This document shows positions 51,201 through 64,000 of a stretch of 64,000 bases of DNA, in pieces (the stretch's first letter is position 1; every line of letters starts with the position of its first letter). The stretch spans positions 1 through 64,000 of the forward strand of contig JBFLGF010000020.1 in assembly GCA_050230475.1 (NCBI GenBank). The letters are read 5' to 3'. Both the position numbers and the translations under genes were made by a program. The notes below the pieces were generated by a model. It was given only the letters and a program-made list of their open reading frames with translations, made no database searches and had not been told where the DNA came from. This DNA comes from Ancylonema sp. Lineage: Eukaryota.

Positions 51201-54200
51201 CCTTTCGATGCCTCTAAATCCTTGGCTTATGCAGCATTCTCATCTGACGCACGGATTGCGATGGCAGTTGGAACTGATTGTTCGCATCTGTGGCTTGATT
51301 CAGGCTCGACCGATCACGTCTTCGCTTCGTAAACCGAGACCACTTCGTCGAGTACGACACCAACGTCCCAATGCAGCATTCTTCCACACGGCTGACGGCA
51401 CGCCCCACACAAGCGAGGGGACAGGCTTCGTGCACGTGAAAGTGAAGAACGACGACTCCTCTTTCGTCGTCCCTCTCGCGGCTCTGCACGTCCCTACAGT
51501 CGCTGCGACCCTGGTGTCCACCGACTGCCTCGTCCAGAGAGGTGGGCTGAGCTTTGCCCAGACACCACATGGCCCCAAACTGACTAAGAATGGACTGAAA
51601 TGGGCTGATGTCAGCAGGCAGAGGAATTGTCTGTCGTTGGCTGCATGATCTATCATCATGGGCTGGTTCTTCTGGTCTGCAAGCTAATCTGTCCATCGGC
51701 ATGCTCTGGCATGGCAAACTGGTTCACCCTGGTATACCAGCCATGTCAGACATGGCCAGAGTGGTGATATACCGAGACTGAATCAGGAAGAGTTGACTGA
51801 GGTCAGGGATTGTGAGATCTGTTGTATGGGGAAAATGGGACAGAAGGATGCTATTGCTAGCGAGGATGATGTAGCCACTATGCCGAAAATGGGGAGGTTG
51901 CATCTAGATCTGATAGGTCCTTTTGGTGTTAAGTCAATGCACGGAGGGTTTGACTACGCACAGACAGGGATAGAGGTCAATCCTAGACTGTCAACAGTAT
52001 CTCTCCTCAAGCACAAGAGCGATGCTCTCAGTCAAACGCGCATCACTGTACAGAAACTTGAAGTTGAGTCAGGACTGGCGTTGAAGTCTATCAGGACAGA
52101 TGGGGGAGGGGAATACACAAGTAAAGAGTGGAAGGCTATTGTGAGGTAAAGGCATCAGACATGAACTGACTGCCCCCTACAGTCCTCAGGAATGGAATGT
52201 GTGAAAGGTTGAACAAAACATTGATGGAAAAGATGAGGTGTTTGCTGATGTGGTCTAAATTGCATAAATCGTATTGGGATGTGGCACTGATGCACGCAAA
52301 CTGGTTAAGGAATAGGACCCCCACTAGTTTATTGACAGGGGGGATACCTATTGAGGAGTGGACGGGACGTCAGATAAAAATGGACAGAAGTCACACATTC
52401 GGCTGTCTGTTCAATATTTGCTAGTTGGGCATGATAGAAATAAACAAAGGGACAAGTATGCTGCCAGGACTGCTTTTGGGGTATATATTGGGCTGGCAGC
52501 AGAGGCTGGGTACAACATCTTCGACCCGCTCAGAGCCGGCGTGATGGTGCGGACAGACGTCCGTTTCTTCGAGGAAGTGCCGGGGTACCCGAGACTCATG
52601 GGGGGGAGAGCTCCCCAGGTCGAGGCGAAAGCAGATGGACACTTTCTCCAGCTGTTCCCCGACACGGATGATGAGCCTAAGGCTGGGGAGGGGTAGGTAG
52701 GGTGACAGGACAAGCAGCAGTAACAGCTGCAACGCTAGCAGCAGGAGCAACAGGCAGAGCAGCAGCAGCAGCAGCAGTACTAGCAGCAAAAGCAGCAGCA
52801 GCAGCGGCAGCACTACCAGCAGCAGCTCCAGCAGCAGTGCCAGCAGCAGCAGCCCACAACGAACCAGGAGCCCAGATCCCACCACTACATCCGCCACCAC
52901 CACCTGCTGAGGTCCCCATCTCTGTGGTTGAGCTGTCTGACAGCCAGTCAGGGATCAACAACGCAAGAGTGGCACGCGGCGAGGAGGAGGAGGTCCATGG
53001 AGGGGGTGAAGGGGAGGGGCAAGGGGTAAATGCTGTGAGCATAGCTGAGAGGGTGATGGGGAGAAGGAGGAGGGCAAACTTCGCCCACTTTGGGGATGTC
53101 CTCTGATACGATGGGGAGGAGTTCGACGACCAGGCGCTGGCAGGCCATTCAAGAGGAGGAGTGGGAAGCGACATGCTTCTTCACAGTTCAACGGCCCCTC
53201 TGACCCTGGATTCTGTATGATTGCCACGTCTGCTGACTCCTCCGACCCTCTGACGCTGAACCAGGCCATGACGAGGCCAGACTGGGACCAGTGGTTAGCT
53301 GCTCTCCAAGAGGAGCTGAAGAGCTTGGGGGAATTCAACACCTTCGAGGTGTGTGAACTTCCACCAGGTAAAAGGGCTGTGGGGTGCAATATGTATTCAA
53401 AACAAAATACACACCCACGGGAACCCTTGAAAGATATAAAGTCAGACTGGTCGCCCAAGGTTTTCTACAACAAGAAGGAGTTGACTTGACTATAATGTAT
53501 TCGCACCTGTAGTAGATAGTACCTCTATCTCTTCTTCTACTAGCGATTGCGAATCAGGAGGGTTGGGGAATTGAACATATGGATGTAGTCACTGCTTTCT
53601 TGCACGGAAGACTGACGGAAGAAGTGTACATGAAAATTCCACCATTTATGGAGATTGAAGGAGGGGCTGAGGGAAAAGTTCTGAGAATGAGGGGGGCACT
53701 GTACGGACTGAAACAGAGTAGCAAGGTCTCGGGTGAGATGTTCACAACCTTCATGCTCAGTGTAGGGTTCAAATACTGTGTTATGGACACATGCATATAC
53801 ACCAGGGGAAGAGGGCAGTCACGGATCATAGTGGGAATACACGTAGATGATCAAGTGATAGTTGGTCCTAACACCATGGTCATTAAGGCATTCAAACAGG
53901 AACTATCAGGGAAATTCAAAATGAAGGATCTTGGGGCCCTAACCCATATCCTGGGGGTGGAAGTGAAAAGGGACAGACAACAGGGGGTGCTCACGTTGCA
54001 TCAGGGAGGGTTCATAAAACAGGTTCTGGAACGTTTTGGCATGGCAAACTGTAATCCTACAAACTACCCTTACCACCTGGACCTGGCATTTCACCAAGAC
54101 GATTAAACCTCTCACTCCCCCTACACCTGAACAGATAACTGAATTCCGGGGAAAAATTGGGTCACTCATTTATGCAATGAAACACACATGACCGGATATT

Positions 54201-57200
54201 GTGCATGCACTGGGCGTACTGGCAAAACACATGGGAAATCCTGGGACTGCTCACATCAAATCCTTACACCAACTGTTCAGATATTTAAAGGGTGGGTACA
54301 GTGGATCACGGAATATGCTACGTGAGGCAGAGGAAGTTAGAGATCAAGGGGGGGGGTACTGTGATGCTAGTTGGAACAGCTGCAGTATGACTGGGAAGTC
54401 GGTCACAAGATGGGTCACTACTGTTGGGGGGACTGCTTTAAGCTGGAAGTCACGGAAATAGTATACAATCGCACAGAGTACAGCAGAGGCTGAATATATT
54501 GCTGCCTGTAGTGTGTCTAAGGAATGCTGTTACCTGAAGTCGCTCCTGCATGACAAACTCCCTAATGAAATTACAGTTTACAGTGACTCAACTGCTGCAC
54601 TCTCAATCCAGAACCCAGTCCAACGCCAGAAGGCCAAGCACTTCAATGTGGTATACCACTGGGGTGAGAGAGTGCCACAGAATTGGCAAGCTGAAGTATA
54701 TGTATCTGGCAGGGGCCAATCAACCAGCCGACACTAAGGCTCTTCCACAGGTCTTACTTGACAGACACGGCACGGAAAGTCGATAGGTTTTGGGAGGGTT
54801 AACTGAAATGGGGGGCACATTAGGTTCTAGGGGATTTTCGGCTGCCATGCTGTGTTTGGCAGGGGGTGTATGTTCTGTTATTATTCTTGCAGAATGCACC
54901 TGTGGAGGGCTCTCAACGCTCGTCTATCCAGCTAAGTCACCCTACTCCTTTTTCTGCCCTGAAAACACTTAAGGACACCTGAAAAGGTTGCAGATCTGCT
55001 TGCATCTAGAGTTGTCAGTTGTTCATGAATTCTGGCAGCATATGTGTTGCCATTCATATATATTACAAATGTTGGGTCAAAATATCGTTTGATTTGGTGA
55101 AGTATTGAGAAAGTTATGAAGTTTTAAGAAAATGGTGAAGTTCTGAGAGAAAGTTGTGAAGTTTTGTATATATTCAAGTTATTCGGAGAAAACTACAGAA
55201 GGTTGACTTTTTGTCATTTTTGTATTGCCCTAACTTGTGGTATTTGTTTGCATGTTCAGGGCTCCGGCCCGAAAAACGACTAAGGATCTGGAGCGATCGT
55301 CTTAGTAGTTCCGATCGGCTTTCCGATCGGGCTTCTGTGATTTTTTTTGTAAATGCCTCTAGCACATTTATATGCTAGAGAAGACCCTACTTATTCCATG
55401 GGCTATGCAATGGTCTTGCCATGACTTAGCTGTTGAGAGGGTGGTCCTTTGGTGCTGACTTAATGCCAACCAAACTTGGCATGGCATCCGAGGGGGTGTG
55501 TAGGAATTATATCGGATAGCCATGTTTGCTAGCGTGCTAGTCCGGACTGCGGTTTAGTGTAACCGGTAGGGTTCCTAGGGTGTGCTTATGTTTAGGGGCC
55601 GGACTTATGTCCGGGCACCCGAATATGACGTTTCGATTGTGCCGTTTGTAGGACGTGCGGTCTAGATGGTTCCGAATCTAGACGTTATGTTTTGTCAGAC
55701 CTGTCCGGCGTGTGCCGTTGACAGGATCTGACTATTGTTGAGTTATGATAGGCCGACGGTCTGCAGATACGACCCGTCGGCACGCTTTTGTACATTCATG
55801 TTGTGGACGAGGCATCGTGGTATACCTACACGATGCCGACCATTCAAGATTATTCTTCCAACTCAACACTTTGTCATTGATCATTGAGAGACGTAAGTTC
55901 CTTGTACGGAAAGAATCACAATGTCTTGCACACCAATCACGCATCATCCCAAAAACAACAAACTTCCCATAGCTGATTTGTACCCCACTCCCTCTAAACC
56001 TGCAGCCTCATCAAGATCTCCCAGATTTGCAGAAAACTTCATCCCGATCTCGAGAGGGGTGGCTGCTGAGTTGCAGTCTTCCATGCCAAACTTGCTGAGC
56101 AACTCTTTGCTGTACTTCTCCTGGCACAAGAACACATTGCCATTTGGCTGACGTCTGATCTCCAGCCCTAGCAGAAACTTCGCCTCACCTAGGTCTTTCA
56201 TGTTGTACCTTGCATTCAGCCCTCCTTTCACCCCAAATATTTTCTCCAGGAGTACACACAGCAGAAAGATGTCGTCGACATATAGCGCCAGATACAAAGC
56301 ATCAGCTCCCTCTCCCAGAATATACACACCAAAATCAGAAGCCAGACGATGAAATTTTAGCATCTTCAACACATCGTCAATGTGCTGGTTCCATCCCCTT
56401 GGTGCTTGTTTCAGGCCATATAGACACCTGAGCAGCAGCCACACCAGATTCTCCTCTCCAGGTCCACATATGCCATCTAGAGCCTCCATGTACACCTCTT
56501 CCTACAAGGGTGCATACATAAAAACTGTGGTGACGTCCATCTGGTGCATGTGCATCCCCTCAAAAAAAGAAACTCCCATTGCTAAAAGCTGTCTGATGCT
56601 TTCAAAAAGTACCGTCGGTGAGAACGTTTGATCATAATCATCTCCCTCAACTTGGCTGAAACCCTTTGCAACTACTCTGCCCTTGTACTTCTCAACAGTC
56701 CCATCTGCATTATATTTGATTCTGAAAACCCACTTTGACTTGACAATTTTCTTTCCTTTTGGCCTAGGGACCAATCGATAGACTTGATTTTCTCGCAAGC
56801 TCCCCATTTTTGCTGCCATAGCTGCTTCCCAATGAACTCTTTCTGGACTCTCAAGTGCCTCTCTCACAAATATTGGAGTTTTCACTTCTCTTTCCAGGTT
56901 GGCAACAAACGCTGCAGCGAATCGGGGTTTGGAGGAGCACCTCTATTTTGCTTGGAAGACCGTCGAGGAAAAGAAGGATGATCTGAGGACTCAGCATCGG
57001 TATCATTATCACCAAGACCAAAAGGATTTGTTGGAGTAGCATCGTCGGGGTACCACTCAGGGCCATCTTCCAGCATATCTTGATCTTCATCACTCCCACT
57101 CGAATTGCTGACAAGTTCTCGAAGTTCTTGATTCTGAGGAGGAACAACTCCCAGAAGCTGAGGTAAGGGGTTTCCCACAGCATCGGGGATCTGTTCATCG

Positions 57201-60107
57201 ACAAAATTCAAATTTTATTGAGCCTGTCCCACTTCCAGAATCGCCCCCTCCCACTCTGAGGCTACACTCTTGCAGATCTGGCCATGTCATGTTTGAAACT
57301 TCTTGAATATCATGGAGCTTTCCTTTCTTCCCAACATTCTGGTGTCCACGCCACCAGCTAGCTTTCACATCCTCATCAAAATCTGCATGTGCAACTCCGA
57401 CATTATGAACTTTGTTTGACACAGGGTCCCAGACTCGATGACATGGACTATCAGAGTTCCAGCCAACCAGCACTCCCATCCACGCCAGAGCTCCCATTTT
57501 CCCTTCTCTTTCTTGCTTCTCAAGTCTGACGTACACTTTGCAGCCAGAGCGGAGGTGATCAATTCTTGGAACAGCTCCGGACCACAGCTCCTCAGGTGTT
57601 TTGGAGAGACCGCTAACTTGGCAGCGATTTCGAAGGTAAGAAGCGAAGGAGATTGCTTCAGCATAGAGTCTAGGGGACACTTGCATGTGTTGCAGCACCG
57701 ATCTTGCTCTATCTTGCAAAGTTCGATTCATTCTTTCAGCCATTTTTCGAAGTCACCATCGATGAACTCTCCACCTCGATCAGATCTCATAGTTTTTACT
57801 GGCTTCCCAAACTGTCTCTCCTGAATTGCACTCCACTGCTTGAGACGAGGGCCTACATCATCTTTGTGTCGCAGAATCTCTACCCATGATTTTCTGCTGA
57901 ATTCATCGACGATCACCATGTTGAAGTTGTCGCCCCCAATGGATGTAGGTTTGAATGGTCTTGCCAGATCCACGGACACTCTTTCAAGACACACTTGCTC
58001 TCCTGCACTTGCTTCTCGTCGTGGATGAGGTTTGTCATGAGCTTGCAGCCCTCACAATTTTTCATGTCCCCTGAAATTCTTCCCTCAAGTCCTCTCACAA
58101 GCTCATCTTGAAACAGATTTTTCAGCACCCTTTCGTTCGCATGCTCTAGTCTGGTGTGGAGTCGATTAATGTCGATGGCAGCTACAACAGCCTCCCCCTC
58201 ACTGCATTTTTGGTGTCGAACTGGAGTGTAGATTAGAGTTTTGTGACCTGTCGATGTTTCCTGCAGCTTGCAGACCTGCTTTCTAGATTTGTTGAAGAGA
58301 GGAATGATGCCCCCGGCCTTGCCATTGCAGGTATACGACCAGCCTGCCTCCCTTGCTTTTTGCCCACTGAACATATTTACTCTCATGCCTGGAATGTAAA
58401 GACGTTTTTGGAGAGTCACTCCACCACACTCTCCATCTGTATTGAGCTCGACTGTTCCCCATTGCTTGACTCGAACAGTGCCAACAAGATGATGCATAAT
58501 AACCTCATGTAGAATGTCCTCGAGAGTTTTGAAATGGCTTTTCTGTCTACTTGAATGATGGCTAGAGCCAACGTAAAAAAGAAAGGCTTTTTCTGCATCA
58601 TCAAAATCTGCTACATTCCCCTCGCAGATTTCTGCAACGACAACTTCACCATGTCCGGAGCAATCATCTTCTTCGATCTCAGCTTCACCGACAAAAGCAG
58701 ATCTCCCTGTGCGCACTCCCTTTCTCTGCATGCGTGGAGCTTCATTCTTTTTGTCGAAAGAGATAAACTTAACATGACCGAATTCAGAGGTGTACAGTAC
58801 TTGCACACAACATCTTTCTTTCGACTCTAGTGACCTGTTTCTCCACATGTGTAGCAAGAATGACCTGCACTAGATCCACTGCTGCCGCCTCGTCCTCCTT
58901 GACCACCTCTGCTCATACGACTGCTTCCAAAATTTCCTATGCTTGCACCCCTGCCTCCTCGATTGTCGATGCCACCACCTCTGCCTCGACTAGAGAAATT
59001 TTGTCGAGATGACCACTTGGCATAGTTGGCTTCAGCAACCTGAGCTTCTGCATCTTTAACCTCTTGCTCTTTCTTGTCATCCAGTTCGTCGACTCCCATC
59101 TGTGCCCATATCCAATCGATTCCAGGTGCCTCTTTCTGTCCATAGTCGAGTCGCTTCAGAAGTCCATACTTTGTTCTTGCCATCCCGGCAAACAACGTCA
59201 TCACATGATCTTCCTTGCTGACCGTGTAGTTTTGATGTGTGCACTCTCGCAAAATTGTGAGGAACTCTAGTTTTATATGTCGAACTGACAACTTCTCATT
59301 CACTCCGAAAGAATTCAGCTTCTCCTTGGCGAATTGTCGAAAATCTGGAGTTATTTTGTCATATTCATCCTTTAGGTAATTCCACATTGATTTGGGATCT
59401 CTTTCGAACTGCTCTAACACTGTTGCAATGTCTTCACTGACAAGCGACATGATCAACATCACGGCTTTCAGATCTGCAGAGTACTGGTCCATTTCGGCTT
59501 CGTTTAATGGCCAATCCTCATCATCATATCTGGCAAACACTTCTTCTAGTGCCACCTGTGTGCCCTTGCAGATCTCAAGACAGTGAGCATCATCAAGGAT
59601 CGCTGAGGCCTTGGATCGCCATGCTTGAAAAGGGAATTTTTCTCCGTCCAGGATGCAATATCTTGCTTTGATACCACTATGAGAACTTTCTTCTGCCATC
59701 TTTGCAAGAATACAGTTCAACTCTTAATCAACTCATGAATCAATCGATCACGACATTACAAGCATTAACACAACAAAAGTGCAAGTTTGAGATAGAAAGT
59801 CTGATTACAGGATCTTGCATGCAAGTCCACTCTTAATACAATTGAGTGTGATCTACAGAACATCTAAGTCAACATATCGAAACTTTCTGAGTCAACACCA
59901 ATCACACCAATCACAATCACATGTGGCATTATGCCACATCGACTAAAACTTATCGACGCATATGCTGACTAGCCAGAACTTGTTGACACAATCATTACTT
60001 ACAAGTTCGGCCGGCATTTGTTGAATAACGACAATAACTCAAACTACAGCGAACGGATCGCACAAATCGATAGAACAACAAAAGTTCACAGCCCCTAAAA
60101 ACTAACA
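48245..60107 (-). mobile_element. Ty1/Copia LTR retrotransposon E, interrupted by Copia D
   Basis: LTRs 48245-48660 and 59678-60107; perfect TSD GCGTC; PBS TGGTATCAAAGCA (tRNA-iMet type); PPT AGGGAGGGGG. gag, integrase (RSDRGGEF, AERMNRTL), RT (LYGLKQAPRGW, YVDD) and RNaseH (GYTDAS) are present. Confidence 0.95.
49393..55954 (+). mobile_element. Ty1/Copia LTR retrotransposon D (same lineage as C), nested in the RT of E
   Basis: LTRs 49393-49849 and 55499-55954; perfect TSD ACAAC, whose removal restores host frame GSLLYLT; PBS GGTTATGGGCCCA. gag with CCHC knuckles, protease WLDSGSTDH, integrase, RT HVDD and RNaseH GYCDASW are present. Confidence 0.95.
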
Positions 60108-62940
60108 GCGTCGAGATGAATTGAAATGTTCTAGAAGCCAGCCTGCCGTTATCTTCGATAGCTTAACTCTAGTTAACTATGCCGGTTAGCACCGCGCAAC
60201 AACTTTTGTGATAAAAGTCAATTGTACTTTCAGATGTGCCAGCTTCCGCTATCAGATTGCGCTGTTTAGAAATCCCTTCCAACAATCTCTGGTGTTATCT
60301 GAATTCTTGCAATTATGTGAATATTGCATCCCTTCGCTTACGCGATTTCGCAACGTGCTCGTCTTTCGTCTTAGCTTGACATTCGTCAGCCAGACGTAAG
60401 TTTTGCAAATCATTCTTTGCAATTTTGGTGTGTGTATTTGTGATTCATCTGAATCTGTTGCTGACGCTCTTTCTGAGCCAGCCTTGCTATTGACTTTAAT
60501 TTCTTACATCGATTCGCTGACGCTCTCTCTGAGCCAGCAAGCGTGCGTGTGTGTGAGTGAAACATCTGTCGATTTGCATGCGTTCGCTCCGCACCGGCAC
60601 TTTCATGTGTGTGTGTGTGTTTGTTGTCGCTCGCTCCGAGCCAGCATCTGTTGTTTACACCTGTCTGTTGTCGCTCTTTCATAGCTAGTATATTTTATCG
60701 ACGCGCCGTTGATACTTTACTTTCGCACCGAAAGTAACTCTTACGACTGTTAACCTTGATAGTCTGCAGCAGACTATCTTGTTTGCTTTATAGTATTTTC
60801 CCTGACTTTTGTACTGTAAACCATGTGTTAGCTTGCCCTCAGCGTTAAGTAGTGAATTTCACCAGACCGCTGAGACGTGTGATATATATAATATTGATAT
60901 CTTAGCAGAGACTCAATCTGCAATACTACTTCAATCCGACCGCGGAAGACCTTGATTTTTATAAATAAAAAGTTTGTAACAAACATTGTAACCAGATTTT
61001 TTTTTCTTGTACACCTTTGTATTTCTTGACTCCTACTTCATTGACGATATCCACTTTTCATATGTCAATTCAATGATAGAAGTTTATAATCATGGCCATT
61101 GGGTTGAAAGAGCATAAAAAATTGAATACATGTTGAACAAATTGAAATCAGAGAAAGATCTACTTTCCATGACGACAGATCTGGGACAAGATTTCCGATA
61201 TTACAAACTGGGACTCATTCAAAGTCAGATTGAGGAACAAAACCAAATGGTACACCTATTGCCACCTCATATGCGAGAACAAACATTGGCGCACGTCCAG
61301 ATGTTACAAAAATACAGGAAGCAGGAGTGGCAGGAGCACATCCCTCGTCATCTCACCATGCAGTTGCTTCAAGCAAAAGAAGTACGGAAAGCTATACTAG
61401 CTTTCGCACGATACGCGCAGCCTAAGACCGAAGAAATTGATCGAGTAGCTTATACTGTAATGGCACCTCATTCAAAAATTCATGCAGGTACTGTGCACAT
61501 TTCTGATGAACAACTAGAACGGGTATTGGAAAAACTTAGACAAAGCTTCGCACAACTACAACAGTCACGAAGATTGAACACAACCTTGGGTATTCCATTG
61601 ATAACTGCCCAGACCTTCCACCTTCTAGCACCTCGACACCAATTGAGTCTGCACAAAATCAGACACCACCCATACCTGAATTCGAGAAACCATATGATGT
61701 CATTGAAAAGGAATTACGATGTTAATTATGTGGACAAATAGGACATACCATGACAAACTGTCCACAGCGACGAAATTTGTTACTTGACTCACCTCAAGGT
61801 GACATACCACCACCACATGATTACCCTCGACAGGCAACGATGCCACAACCACCGATGGCACTCTCTATAATGGGACTACAAAACACCAAACCACCGGTGA
61901 TTCCTTGCAACGCCAAGTTGACAACCAACTGGCATATACCAACCGGTGACAACACTCAATCCATACTCACTACTGGTGGAGAAACACCTTCACTACCAAT
62001 ATTTGATTCAGGTGCGGAGAATGTTACCATCGGTACCAAATTTGCCAAACAACTCAAGCTCACACCACATGACCTTGATCTTGGAGAGGAATACGTAACT
62101 TGAGATGGCAAATACCAACAATTTTTGGGCACCACCAAGAAAGAATATACCATCACCATTGGACATGGTAAAAACCAAACGTCGGTTAACGCAAAACTTC
62201 ATTTGACACCTTCAGACAAATACGATGTTTTGTTTGGTAGTACTTTTCTAGGACCAATAGGAGGTATTACAGACCTATGGAGTCAACACTTTCATTATCA
62301 CGTCGACTCACCGTGCATCAATTCCTGTCAAATACACCTTGCCACACGTAGTATCGGTGCACTGTCAGTACATGGAAGAAGGTATTACTCACACTTTTAC
62401 TGACACATTTATGCAAATTCCAAACGAAGATTTGTTATATTCAACAGAAGAAGAAGACAATTTGAGAGAATTTGAGTTCCGTATTATGGAAGATGGTGTG
62501 TACCATGAACCACAACATTTCCCGGATGGACCCATTGACAATGAGTACCAACCTCAGATGCATGAATGGGAAACCAATACCATGGTCTACCTTGCTGCAA
62601 CCAAACATACCGACATTCGACAAGCGCATCGACCACAACTCAATGCCGCAGCCAGAACAATGGCACAAATTAATGAACACCACGCATTCAACAGTGTCAT
62701 GCCTGTATGAATCGTCAGCTAGAAACCCCTTTGATTTAATCGGAATATTACAATAGTCGCACCGCTATGTTTTTCCGCCTTGTCACGACTCCGCTCCCGC
62801 TTATTTTATTCCGAGCTTCGTCGGTGACCGGCGCCCTTTTATTAAAATTTCGAGTAGTCAACCTTTGACTAGCTCCCCTTTGTATTTGAATTTATTATAC
62901 TACGTGTCAGACTTGTCACCAATAGCAATCGTGACCGNAT

Positions 62941-63040
62941 CCTTCTTCTCCTTCTTCTCCTTCTTCTCCTTCTTCTCCTTCTTCTCCTTCTTCTCCTTCT
63001 TCTCCTTCTTCTCCTTCTTCTCCTTCTTCTCCTTCTTCCC
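62941..63040. repeat. (CCTTCTTCT)n 9-mer tandem repeat next to an N (62938), likely an assembly join
   Basis: About 11 near-perfect units immediately after the only N in the window. Confidence 0.9.
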
Positions 63041-63569
63041 CTTCTTTTTCAGGTTTTTGAATTTGTTTGTAGTGGGTGCACGGGTTGGGTCAAGTGGTGG
63101 TTTCTTGGCTAAAATAACTCATTTTATAAAACCCGGGTCCTTATGTATGGCCACTACGGTATGTTCGGGGCGTAGTGCCTGGAGTATAGGGAAGTAGAAA
63201 CTACCTGCTTGGTAGAGAAGGATTTGTACTTCATCGCATTTTGATATTTCGTTTTTGCCAGGCGGGTCGCGGAAACGCGCCAGCTCGGAGCCGGGCTTGC
63301 ATATTCCGTAAGCGAAGCGGGACCCACTATGCCAACCATGATATATACACCACCACAAAAGAGTCATTGCCGAGGTGAATTTATGAATGATTTCTTTTGT
63401 TCTTATTGGAAATATTGTTTTCGCAATTATGAGTGACTCTACAAACGTTTTTGCAAATTTTCCCTTATTGCGAACTTCGGCTCTATTCTCGACTTATTTT
63501 TATGAATATGTGATTGGTGTGTTGGATAGTGCGGTGATTTTTTGTACGATAGTATTTCCATCTATCAGT

Positions 63570-63900
63570 CAATGATCAATATGATCAATAACAAGAATCG
63601 TGTTTGTAGAATGAGAAGTAAACATTCGTTGGCATTGAGTAGGTATTACCCTGATGCGCACTACTACGAGCAAACAACAATTGTGCCAAAAATTGGATCT
63701 GATCCGAAAATTGTTGAACTATCAAATCACCTAAGCAAACATGTCAACGACTTGTGCCGGACATTTGAACATAAGTGCATACCACAAATAGCTCGATAAC
63801 GATGACATCGGATATGTGGCAACAATAGACGATCCGGTGCCCAAACGGAAAATCACGCGTGGCCCCGCATACAAACACATTTAGAGTAAGTAACCAGATA
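63570..63900 (-). mobile_element. Diverged LTR remnant related to the Copia C LTR
   Basis: Shares ACATGTCAACG..TGCCGGACATTT, GGTGCCC and GGCCCCGCATACA..CACAT with 33348-33805 in the same order. Confidence 0.6.
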
Positions 63901-64000
63901 CACAAACTAGGTTTAAGTCCGGATTATCATCCGACCCCTATTCTTTGTAATTTTGTTTATTTTTTCTTTGGCGAAACATCATCAAGGCGAAGTTTCAAAA

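Larger units (their letters stand above)
47729..62937 (+). mobile_element. Decayed Gypsy-like element G (about 1.3-kb LTR split by Copia E; gag-like ORF, aspartic protease, linker; truncated)
   Basis: Begins TGTCACGAC at 47729; LTR-like sequence resumes after the TSD at 60113 and runs to about 60883. ORF remnants at 61130-62710 include protease motifs IFDSGA (62002-62016) and YDVLFG (62221-62238). A repeat shared with 4815-5010 follows. Confidence 0.6.

Overview
Eukaryotic, repeat-rich nuclear DNA from a green plant lineage, most likely a streptophyte alga or other non-seed plant (inferred from gene content and GT-AG introns). All gene models and alignments were reconstructed by hand. Host genes: (1) the 5' part of a plastid-type MATE/DTX transporter (minus strand, runs off the left edge); (2) a two-exon RAY1-like GT77 beta-arabinofuranosyltransferase with an almost identical tandem duplicate of its promoter and first exon; (3) a 14-exon PLGG1/LrgAB-family plastid transporter that the ORF track does not show as a unit; (4) a BTB/POZ gene carrying a premature stop. 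The rest is TA-target MITEs, a hAT MITE with an 8-bp TSD, and two nested LTR-retrotransposon stacks (25.7-36.2 kb and 47.7-62.9 kb) plus one near-complete chromovirus (39.0-44.0 kb). The most notable observation is a decayed C5 cytosine DNA methyltransferase domain (motifs I, IV PCQ, VI ENV). It joins in frame to a retrotransposon aspartic-protease/linker ORF once about 9.1 kb of nested insertions are removed, which suggests a Gypsy polyprotein carrying its own DNMT; a second truncated member of the same family lies at 61-62.7 kb. The chromoviruses show a Tf1-like self-priming PBS and a -1 slippery site, and two Copia elements have half-tRNA-type PBSs and non-CA LTR ends.
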